In this document: positions 1 to 7,748 of the stretch, piece by piece
Position numbering within the stretch: position 1 is the first letter of the stretch
How the letters are laid out: each line of letters opens with the position of its first letter
Source: Candidatus Woesearchaeota archaeon
GTDB taxonomy: Archaea; Nanobdellota; Nanobdellia; Woesearchaeales; JAGVZT01
Direction: 5' to 3'
NCBI GenBank assembly: GCA_018263355.1
Contig: JAANXH010000045.1
Location: 1-51,237 of the forward strand
DNA length: 51,237 nucleotides
Translations under genes and position numbers: made by a program
Notes under the pieces: generated by a model
What the model was told of the DNA's origin: nothing
The model's input: only the letters and a program-made list of their open reading frames with translations
Databases searched by the model: none

Positions 1-176
1 ACATTTTCAAGTTCCGAAAAAGTGGTAGTCAAAGCAGAGGCGACAATACCCCACATCATGTCACTAACGTTCCTGACCTTAAGCATAGCTTAAGGCTTTA
101 TTGTGGGGATCGGTGCTTTTAGGCACCCACCGAACACAGTGACTGTGAGCCTCTGCACCACTTTTTAGTTATTTTA
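1..176 (-). ncRNA. Structured RNA motif A, copy 1 (runs off the left window edge)
   Basis: 171/176 nt identical to 2344-2519. Closing stem GCAGAGGC/GCCTCTGC (34-156) with several internal hairpins; non-coding and GC-richer than its flanks. Confidence 0.7.
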
Positions 177-185
177 CTATTAATT

Positions 186-356
186 ATGATTATATCTACT
201 GGATGCGGGACAGATTCTAACCATAGTTTAACTGAAACAGATACTAACTCACTTGAAGGTTCTTGCATTAGTGGTGGTTGATGCACTTCTCCTGGATGTG
301 GTCAGTGGATAGACCAAAACAAAGATGGTGCTTGTGACAGAGGTATAAAAACATAA
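186..356 (+). pseudogene. Small Cys-rich, lipoprotein-like ORF interrupted by an in-frame TGA
   Basis: Reads MIISTGCG...CISGG*CTSPGCGQWIDQNKDGACDRGIKT with TGA at 279-281. The Cys/DxNxDGxCD pattern continues across the stop. Confidence 0.5.
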
Positions 357-381
357 ATACTAATTTTTATTGTTTAAAAAA

Positions 382-1617
382 TTAGTTTCTATTGTTATGT
401 TTTTTGTGTTTTTTTCTGCGTCTGTTTTTATGTCTTTTATGCCTTCGCCTTTTTTTGTGATGATGTCTTCTACCTCGTCTCCTATTTGGAACCCATCTAA
501 CTTTTCTTCTTTTGACTTGTGGCATTTGTTCTTTTTTAATATCTAAAGAAAAATCCCTAAGGATTCTAGAAAAACTCCTGTGGTCTCTTTCTGCCAGCAA
601 TGTGATTGCTTTTCCTTTTTCCCCTGCACGAGCAGTTCTCCCGATTCTATGAACGTATCTTTTACTTTCTCTTGGAAGATCATAATTATATACATGAGTT
701 ATATCATCTATATCTAAACCTCGAGCTGCAACATCTGTGCATACTAAAACATTCACTCTTTGGCTTTTAAAGCTTCTCATTGTTCTTTCACGTTTTGCTT
801 GTGAATACCCCCCATGGATTGCTATTGCATTTATTCCATAAGATTTAAGATTTTTGCTGATAAAATCAACTGTTTTTCTGGTATTACAAAATACCATTAC
901 TAACTCTGCGTCTTCATGCTCCAATAAATGGACAAGTAATGAGAATTTTAGATTTTTTGGCACATCAATATATGATTGTTTTAAATCTCTTGGATCTACC
1001 AAAGGTGTTCCAGATATCTTTACCTGATGGTCCATATATTTTTTTGCAAGTCTGCTAATTTCTGGCCTAATTGTTGCACTAAATAGCAGTGTTTGCCGAT
1101 CTTTTGGACACTTGCAAATTATTTGCTCTACATCATCAATAAATCCCATGTCAAGCATCCGGTCAGCTTCATCCAAAACTACAATATTTACATAGTCTAA
1201 ATTCATAGTTCTTCTTTGAAGATGATCGAGTGTTCTTCCAGGTGTTCCCACAACTATATCTGTTCCTTTTAGTTTATGAATCTGCCTGTTAATTGAAACA
1301 CCACCATAAACTGGCAGTACTTTTAATCCTGAGAACTTGGATAGTTTTCTTATTGCTTTTGCAACCTGATTTGCTAGTTCTCTGGTTGGAACAAGAATTA
1401 TTGCCTGCACCCCATTTCCTTTTTCGCATTTGTTAATTACTCCTGATGCAAATGCAAGTGTTTTACCAGATCCAGTTGCTGATCCAGCAATTACATCGTT
1501 TCCTTGCATAATCTCTGGAATTGATTTTTCCTGTATTAATGTTGGTTTTTCAAAACCTAATTTATTTATTGATTTGAGCATAGGTTTACATACTCCTAAT
1601 TGTTTAAATGTTTTCAT
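382..1617 (-). CDS. DEAD-box RNA helicase (DeaD/CshA-like) with a basic C-terminal tail
   Basis: Q motif, ATGSGKT, PTRELA, TPGR, DEAD, SAT, ARGLD and HRIGRTAR motifs; R/K/H-rich tail. Confidence 0.97.
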   Translation of the reverse strand: MKTFKQLGVCKPMLKSINKLGFEKPTLIQEKSIPEIMQGNDVIAGSATGSGKTLAFASGVINKCEKGNGVQAIILVPTRELANQVAKAIRKLSKFSGLKVLPVYGGVSINRQIHKLKGTDIVVGTPGRTLDHLQRRTMNLDYVNIVVLDEADRMLDMGFIDDVEQIICKCPKDRQTLLFSATIRPEISRLAKKYMDHQVKISGTPLVDPRDLKQSYIDVPKNLKFSLLVHLLEHEDAELVMVFCNTRKTVDFISKNLKSYGINAIAIHGGYSQAKRERTMRSFKSQRVNVLVCTDVAARGLDIDDITHVYNYDLPRESKRYVHRIGRTARAGEKGKAITLLAERDHRSFSRILRDFSLDIKKEQMPQVKRRKVRWVPNRRRGRRHHHKKRRRHKRHKNRRRKKHKKHNNRN

Positions 1618-1801
1618 TTTTATCTTACCTCATTATGTTAAGAAAAAGTCAATTAAAATAATAATAATTTCAATGCTTTTTCTTTTCAACTATTCAGCCT
1701 TTGTACTTTAGATTATAAATCAACACATTTTAATGTATTTTCAGAAAAAGCACATTGCTGTTTATTCTTTCTTTATTCTGATAACAAGAAGTAGCCTAAA
1801 G

Positions 1802-1820
1802 TTACTTATAAGTGTTTGGG
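1802..1820 (-). promoter_or_regulatory. BRE/TATA promoter of the helicase (long 5' leader)
   Basis: Minus strand CCCAAACACTTATAAGTAA; near-identical to the element at 3157-3175. Confidence 0.5.
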
Positions 1821-1907
1821 TTTTATTACTGATTTTTAACAAAAATAAGTGATATTACGCTAAACAACATATATTTTTGTGTTTTAAATATAACTAGAAC
1901 AATATTA

Positions 1908-2321
1908 CTGCATAACGAAAATCTGCGGTGAGGAGCAATCCCCATAATAAATTATGGGGTTTTTAACACTCCTCACTTTTACTTAGAATGCGTTGGGTCT
2001 AAATGTCAGGACTATTCGTCCTGATCATGCTCAGGAAGGTACGCTTCCCGACAGCCCCTGACTTATCTCACTAGCGTTCCTAACACATAAATCATAGATT
2101 TCTGACATTTAACCAGTAGCATTGTAATGCAGTCACTCCACACATTCGTGTTTTGTTCGGCATCCATAAGCTTTGCTTCTGGAGTCTGAAAAGCTATCGT
2201 AAGATAGCTGCCGAGTGAACAAAGTGAACGAATGCATCTGCTTGTCAAAGGGAAGAGTGCAAAAGCCCCCGCCTTTAGGCGATGGGATTAACTCTTCACA
2301 GCAGATTTTCTTTACATGCAG
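1908..2321 (-). ncRNA. ~410-nt highly structured non-coding element closed by ~28-bp imperfect inverted repeats
   Basis: 1908-1935 pairs with 2292-2321. Many internal hairpins (CCCCATAAT/ATTATGGGG, TCAGGAC/GTCCTGA, AGCTATC/GATAGCT, CGCC-TTTA-GGCG). Contains a diverged motif-A core at 2064-2144. Confidence 0.65.
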
Positions 2322-2343
2322 ATTTTCTGACTGAAAATCTTTC

Positions 2344-2519
2344 ACATTTTCAAGTTCCGAAAAAGTGGTAGTCAAAGCAGAGGCGACAATACCCCACATC
2401 ATGTCACTAACGTTCCTGACCTTAGGCATAGCTTAAGGCTTTAGTGTGGGGATTGGTGCTTTTAGGCACCCACCGAACACAGTGACCGTGAGCCTCTGCA
2501 CCCCTTTTTAGTTATTTTA
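2344..2519 (-). ncRNA. Structured RNA motif A, copy 2
   Basis: Near-identical to 1-176 and homologous to 34308-34432. Closing stem 2377-2384/2492-2499. Confidence 0.7.
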
Positions 2520-2588
2520 TTTTTTCTTAGAATAAATATTCTTGGTTTTAAAAAGGTATCAAAGTTTTTTTATTCAGATAAATTAGAT

Positions 2589-2894
2589 CTATTTTTTCTT
2601 TTTCTTCTTTTTGGACTTCTTCTTACTTTTCTTTTTCTTTTTTGATTTCTTTTTCTTTGATTTACTCTTCTTACTTTTCTTTTTTTTCTTTTCTTCGTTA
2701 TCCTTGTTTATTCTATAGTCATGGTCATACTTTTTGTAGCATTTTTTGCAATATAGTTTTGCATGGTATTTTGATGTGTAATAATCAGATTTTTTATTTA
2801 CTGTGAATGTTTTTCCACAAACTATACATTTTGCTCTTCTTTTAAAGCATTTCCCATTATCGTTTTTTTTTATTTTAGCATGCATTTTTTTCAA
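2589..2894 (-). CDS. Zn-finger protein (CxxC...CxxC, resembling the CxxC-x17-CxxC family) with a Lys/Ser-rich tail
   Basis: AKCIVCGK...LYCKKCY followed by a poly-K/KS tail; probably binds nucleic acid. Confidence 0.75.
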   Translation of the reverse strand: MKKMHAKIKKNDNGKCFKRRAKCIVCGKTFTVNKKSDYYTSKYHAKLYCKKCYKKYDHDYRINKDNEEKKKKKSKKSKSKKKKSKKKKKSKKKSKKKKKKK

Positions 2895-3060
2895 AAAACC
2901 TCTCTTTTGCTTCTAAGAAAGTCATAGACCTTTGTATTTTCTGTTCTTTTCCTAAAACCTGTACTTTCTCTATTATGTACTGGTTCCACATTAGATTCAA
3001 TATGCTTTCTTCCTCTTCTTTGTTAACTGTTTTGTCAATGTGTTTTAAGTTTTGTTTCAT
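2875..3060 (-). CDS. Small hypothetical protein
   Basis: 61-aa ATG ORF overlapping the start of the Zn-finger gene, with a promoter-like element upstream. Confidence 0.55.
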   Translation of the reverse strand: MKQNLKHIDKTVNKEEEESILNLMWNQYIIEKVQVLGKEQKIQRSMTFLEAKERFFEKNAC

Positions 3061-3168
3061 TGTAAAAATAAGTATTAATATTATTTAATTGGGTAAGATG
3101 CTTATGCAAGAACACATAATTTAAGTTGTGCCCCAATATAATATTAAAGGAGAGCTTTATTTATAAGT

Positions 3169-3202
3169 GTTTTGGACTTTGTTTAGTTTTGGACTTTGTT
3201 TA
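3169..3202. repeat. 17-bp perfect tandem duplication next to a TATA element
   Basis: GTTTTGGACTTTGTTTA repeated twice. Confidence 0.85.
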
Positions 3203-3259
3203 TAAAGCAATTTTTCTATATATCCTAAAATCAAATTGTGTTTAACAGATAAACAGAAT

Positions 3260-4315
3260 CTATTTTTCAACTAGAATTGTTTGGGTTGGATATGGCATTT
3301 CTATCTTTTGTTTATTAAATTCACGCAGGATACCTAGGTTAATTTTCTCATGAACTCTTCTGTATAATCCAAAATCTTTATCTTGTATATGATAAACTAC
3401 TTTGTAATTTATGCTAAAGTCTCCAATTTCAGATAAATGCGTTCTAGTATGTTCAGTTTTATCAATTCCTGAAATTATTTTTTCAACAATTTTCGGAATT
3501 TTTTTAAGTTTAGCATCTGATGTTTCACTAGCCACAGCAAATTCAAATGAAACTCTTCTTTTATCCATTTTTTTGTAATTGTGGATTCTAGTCTCTGTTA
3601 GTTCCTTGTTTGATACAACTAGTTCTTCTCCTCTTAATGTTTTAATTCTTGTTGATTTTATCCCTATTTTTTTTACTGTTCCACTGTCATCACCAATAAC
3701 AATAAAATCTCCAATTGTAAATGGTTTGTCCAGGTTTATTGAAATTGATGCAAATAAATCTGCCAAAATATTTTGGAGAGCAAACGCCACAGCAATTCCT
3801 CCTATTCCTAGACCAGTAACAAGCCCGGTAACATTTACCCCAAGGTTTGACAATAAAAGAATAAAAGCCACAACCCAGACTACAAATATTGACAATTTTT
3901 TTATTAGGTTCACTGCTGCTGCATCTTCTGATTTTATTTTTCGGTTTTTGACAATTAATCTGTGTGCTGCATAATTAATAAACTCTTGAATTGCTTTTAC
4001 AGAATAATATATCACAGTTGTAATAACTAAGTATTTGAGAACAGTAGAAAATATATCTGTAACAGTTAAAAACTGAACTGAGATATACAAAGAAATTATT
4101 ACATATAATGGCCACTGTGTACTGTGAATAATATCCACTAATAAGTCGTCTGCATAAGTTTTTGTTTTTTTTGCGTATTTTCGTAACCTATTTAAAATTA
4201 TTATCTTAAATATGTACAACACTGCCAAACAGCTTAAAAATATACCTAAAAAGATTAAATATTCCTGAATTGTATTTTTCATATAACTTAATTCAAGTAT
4301 GTAACTAATATCCAT
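3260..4315 (-). CDS. mscS: Small-conductance mechanosensitive channel (MscS family)
   Basis: TM helices, GIGGIAVAFALQ, PFTIGDFI, G-x-V-x-x-IG-x-x-ST and MPYPTQ. Confidence 0.93.
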   Translation of the reverse strand: MDISYILELSYMKNTIQEYLIFLGIFLSCLAVLYIFKIIILNRLRKYAKKTKTYADDLLVDIIHSTQWPLYVIISLYISVQFLTVTDIFSTVLKYLVITTVIYYSVKAIQEFINYAAHRLIVKNRKIKSEDAAAVNLIKKLSIFVVWVVAFILLLSNLGVNVTGLVTGLGIGGIAVAFALQNILADLFASISINLDKPFTIGDFIVIGDDSGTVKKIGIKSTRIKTLRGEELVVSNKELTETRIHNYKKMDKRRVSFEFAVASETSDAKLKKIPKIVEKIISGIDKTEHTRTHLSEIGDFSINYKVVYHIQDKDFGLYRRVHEKINLGILREFNKQKIEMPYPTQTILVEK

Positions 4316-4469
4316 AAATACTATTGTTTAGAACTCATTTATATTTGTTTAGGATAACTATTGAGTACAAAATTGACTTATGAGGGAAATACTTAAAAAC
4401 ATCTGCTGCTTATTTTAATTATTACGTATGATGTATATAAGGAGTATTCTAACAACGAAGTGTTTTTAA

Positions 4470-6422
4470 ATGAAAATCTATTTTGCATCGCAGTCATTTT
4501 ACCCGCATATTGGTGGAGTTTCTACTTATTTGCTAAATCTGGCTAGAGAGTTAGTTAAAAAAGATAATGAAGTAGTTGAGGTTCACCTAAGACCTTCTGG
4601 AGAAGAGAATGCAGATGATATTAAAGGAATAGAGATTCATAGAGTTCCAAAAGAGCCTTTGGATAGAGAAATGCTTAAAAATTACAGCAAGTTCAAAGAA
4701 GCTATTTACAAAGAATGTCATACTGATAAGGGATCATTTACACAACCTGCAACAGAAATGCCAGGATATAATGATTATAATAAAATAAATATTGCTTTTG
4801 GTGAGGAAGTTCGCTCATTATTAGAGCATCATCCAGCAGAGATAGTGCATGTTCATGATTTTCAATTATTGTTTTTGTATAGGTATGTTCCTAGGGGAAC
4901 TCCACTTGTTTTAACATGGCATATCCCTTTTGACGAAAAGATCAGTGATAATTTAAAGGTGTTTTTAGTCAAACACCTTAATGAGTATGACAGAATTGTT
5001 TTTTCTTCCCAGGATTACCTAAATGCTGCTGTTAAAGCAGGGGTTGAATTTGAAAAGTGCAAAATAATTCATCCTATATGTAATACTGATCTATTTAAGA
5101 TAATGGATGTTGATAAAGGAAAGGTTAGAGAGGAATATAATATTGATAAAGATTGTAAAATGATCATGTGCGTGCAGAGGATTGATCCAAAAAGTGGTCA
5201 CGAACAGCTTGTTAGAGCTATGCCAAAGATTTTAAAACAAGGTGAAAATGCAAAGCTGGTTTTTGTGGGTGGTCAATCAATGAGCTCAAAGCTTTCAAAA
5301 TCCAGACAAGTATATGTTAAGAAAGTAATGGATCTGATAAAAGAACTTGATATTGAAGATAATGTTATATTCACAGGGAATATTGATTATCCGAAATTAC
5401 CAAAGTTGTATAATGCTGCTGATATTGTAGCACTTACTTCAAAAACAGAAGGATTTGGTCTGAGTGTGACTGAAGGGATGAGTTGTGGAAAACCAATTGT
5501 TGGAACCAGAGCAGGAGGGATTCCAATACAAGTCAAGGATGGGTTTAATGGCTATCTTGTTGATGTTGGTGATATTGACACAACTGCTCGCAGGATTAGT
5601 GCATTGCTCAAAAGTGACTCATTAAGAAAGCAAATTGGGAAAAATAGTCTGAGAACGGTCAATGAAAAGTTTAGTATGAATATTGGTATTGAAAAACATT
5701 TGATTATGTATTCACAGCTTATGAAAGAGAAACATGAGTCAAAACGTATTGAAGAGCTGGAATTAAAAAATATCAGGGGGTTTATTACTGATTTTGACAG
5801 AACTTTAACATCAGATGAGCCAGGAGATTTTACTTGGAGAACTTATTCAAAAATAAAGTCAATTAATGTCCCATTAATACTTGCCACAGGCAGAAGTTAT
5901 GGATATGTTAAAAACTTTTTATTTAATGAAAAAAAACAATGGGATGCTGTTGTGGCTGAGAATGGTGCAATAGTTTATTTTCCTAAATCTGGGAAAAAAA
6001 TAGTCAGCACTTCTGTACATATTAAAAAAATAAGAAAACTTTTTGAAAAACACAGACTGGAATTTACTGCAGGAGAAGTTGTTTTAAGCACTTCTATTGA
6101 AAATAAAGGCAGAATTGAAGAGTTATTGGGAGAGGATAAGGAATTTGTGGATCTTATAGTAAATGTAGATGAGGTTATGCTTTTGCCAAAAGGTGTAAAT
6201 AAAGGTTATGGAGCAGGTATTGCATTAAAAGAGCTTAGTATTGATCCAGAAAAAACAATTGTTGTTGGTGACTCTGATAATGATATTGATTTATTTAATG
6301 TTAATGGTTTTAAGATTGCAGTTGCAAATGCTTGTGAGAAATTAAAATTGCTGGCAGATGATGTAACAGAAAAATCCTATGTTGAGGGTGTTTTGGAGAT
6401 TATTGAAAAGATAAAACAATAA
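4470..6422 (+). CDS. GT4 glycosyltransferase (TreT/SPS-like) fused to a HAD-IIB phosphatase
   Basis: HVHDFQ, RIDPKSG and EGFGLSVTEGM GT4 motifs; C-terminal DFDRTL, ATGR, NKG and GDSDND HAD motifs. Confidence 0.88.
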   Translation: MKIYFASQSFYPHIGGVSTYLLNLARELVKKDNEVVEVHLRPSGEENADDIKGIEIHRVPKEPLDREMLKNYSKFKEAIYKECHTDKGSFTQPATEMPGYNDYNKINIAFGEEVRSLLEHHPAEIVHVHDFQLLFLYRYVPRGTPLVLTWHIPFDEKISDNLKVFLVKHLNEYDRIVFSSQDYLNAAVKAGVEFEKCKIIHPICNTDLFKIMDVDKGKVREEYNIDKDCKMIMCVQRIDPKSGHEQLVRAMPKILKQGENAKLVFVGGQSMSSKLSKSRQVYVKKVMDLIKELDIEDNVIFTGNIDYPKLPKLYNAADIVALTSKTEGFGLSVTEGMSCGKPIVGTRAGGIPIQVKDGFNGYLVDVGDIDTTARRISALLKSDSLRKQIGKNSLRTVNEKFSMNIGIEKHLIMYSQLMKEKHESKRIEELELKNIRGFITDFDRTLTSDEPGDFTWRTYSKIKSINVPLILATGRSYGYVKNFLFNEKKQWDAVVAENGAIVYFPKSGKKIVSTSVHIKKIRKLFEKHRLEFTAGEVVLSTSIENKGRIEELLGEDKEFVDLIVNVDEVMLLPKGVNKGYGAGIALKELSIDPEKTIVVGDSDNDIDLFNVNGFKIAVANACEKLKLLADDVTEKSYVEGVLEIIEKIKQ

Positions 6423-6507
6423 TCAGAAACTTACATACTCTGGTTAGTTTCTATTAACAGGAATTTGTTTAGAAACTTTTATATAGCTTTTATTTAAAAG
6501 AATAATT

Positions 6508-6999
6508 GTGAAAATTCCAAAAGAGCTACGGGCTGCAGACTATGTTTCTGCAATTAATTGTGTTTGTGGTGTACTTTCAATTATTCTTTCAATTAAGGGA
6601 GATTATATTTATGCTGCACTGTTAATGGTTGCTTCTTTTATTGCTGATAGTCTGGATGGAAGATTTGCCAGAAGAGGCAGGCCTACTCGGTTTGGTAAAG
6701 AATTAGATTCTCTTTGTGATATTGTTTCTTTTTGCGTTGCTCCTATTGTTTTGTATTTGCATTTAATTGGTATAAACAAGCTGGGCATAATTATTTGTCC
6801 TTTGTTTGTTGTTTCTGGAACAATGAGATTGGCCAGATTTAATATTTCAAAAAGTAAAAACTATCGAGGATTACCTGTGACTACTAATGGTATATTTGTT
6901 CCTATTCTTGTTTTTTTAGGATTAGGACATTTACTTGTTTATTATTTTGCGTTGATGAGTGTACTTATGGTTAGCTCTTTTAAATTCAGGAAATTTTAG
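6508..6999 (+). CDS. pssA: CDP-alcohol phosphatidyltransferase (PssA/archaetidylserine synthase-like)
   Basis: DSLDGRFAR...FGKELDSLCD signature and RLARFN. Confidence 0.85.
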   Translation: MKIPKELRAADYVSAINCVCGVLSIILSIKGDYIYAALLMVASFIADSLDGRFARRGRPTRFGKELDSLCDIVSFCVAPIVLYLHLIGINKLGIIICPLFVVSGTMRLARFNISKSKNYRGLPVTTNGIFVPILVFLGLGHLLVYYFALMSVLMVSSFKFRKF

Positions 7000-7064
7000 A
7001 TTTTAGGTTCAGACATCTATGGTTTTACATTAAATTTATATTGTGCACCTAATCAATAATATGT

Positions 7065-7748
7065 ATGCACCGTGTACAAAAGCTTTTGAGTAGGTATGGC
7101 TATTGCTCTAGAAGAAAGGGCGAAGAATTAATTAAAAAAGGAAGAGTCAGGGTTAATGATAGAGTTATTAAAATAGGAGATAAGGCTAGCAAAAAAGACA
7201 AGATTTATGTAGATAACAAATTGGTCAAAAAACAAAAGCTTCGTTATATTATGTTTAACAAACCTGTTGGTTGTGTAACTTCTCTTAAATCTGCTTATAA
7301 TGAGACTATTATGAAGTACATTGATGTAAAACAGAGAGTTTTTCCTGTTGGAAGGCTGGATTATGAAACATCTGGATTGTTAATTCTTACTAATGATGGT
7401 GATTTTGCTAATAGAATAATGCATCCAAGATATGAAGTAGATAAAACTTACTTGCTTGAGCTTAAAAAACAGATATCTAAAAAACAGATTCTGCAATTAG
7501 AAAAAGGAGTTGATGTTGGGGATTATACTACACATCCTGCTAAAGTTAAAAAAATAAATGACAAATCTATGGAGCTTACAATTCATGAAGGTAAGAAAAG
7601 GATTGTAAGAAAAATGCTGAAAGCACTGGGTAATAGGGTGGTATTTTTAAAGCGAGTGGGTATAGGAAAATTAAGATTAGGAAAATTAAGAGCTGGAGAG
7701 TACGTAGAATTAACAGAAAGAGAAAAGGAGTTAATTTATGAAGTATGA
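7065..7748 (+). CDS. RsuA/RluB-family pseudouridine synthase with an S4 domain
   Basis: SRRKGEELI S4 motif, NKPVG and GRLD catalytic Asp. Confidence 0.93.
   Translation: MHRVQKLLSRYGYCSRRKGEELIKKGRVRVNDRVIKIGDKASKKDKIYVDNKLVKKQKLRYIMFNKPVGCVTSLKSAYNETIMKYIDVKQRVFPVGRLDYETSGLLILTNDGDFANRIMHPRYEVDKTYLLELKKQISKKQILQLEKGVDVGDYTTHPAKVKKINDKSMELTIHEGKKRIVRKMLKALGNRVVFLKRVGIGKLRLGKLRAGEYVELTEREKELIYEV

Noticed and set aside
279-281. Selenocysteine or genome-wide TGA recoding
   Set aside because: TGA terminates several intact genes here, and no SECIS or Sec machinery is evident in the window.
2063-2429. ORFs 2133-2429 (-) and 2063-2248 (-)
   Set aside because: They overlap the hairpin-dense element, have no recognisable motifs or RBS, and the conservation pattern follows base pairing, not codons.
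1908-2519. Group I or II intron, RNase P, SRP or hammerhead identity for the long element
   Set aside because: GACTA and TAGTCC are present but without proper group I core context. I found no group II domain V, no GAGGAAAGTCC, no SRP helix-8 motif and no CTGANGA/GAAA core.
3169-3202. CRISPR array
   Set aside because: Two adjacent 17-bp units with no spacer. No repeat-spacer array or cas gene was seen anywhere in the window.
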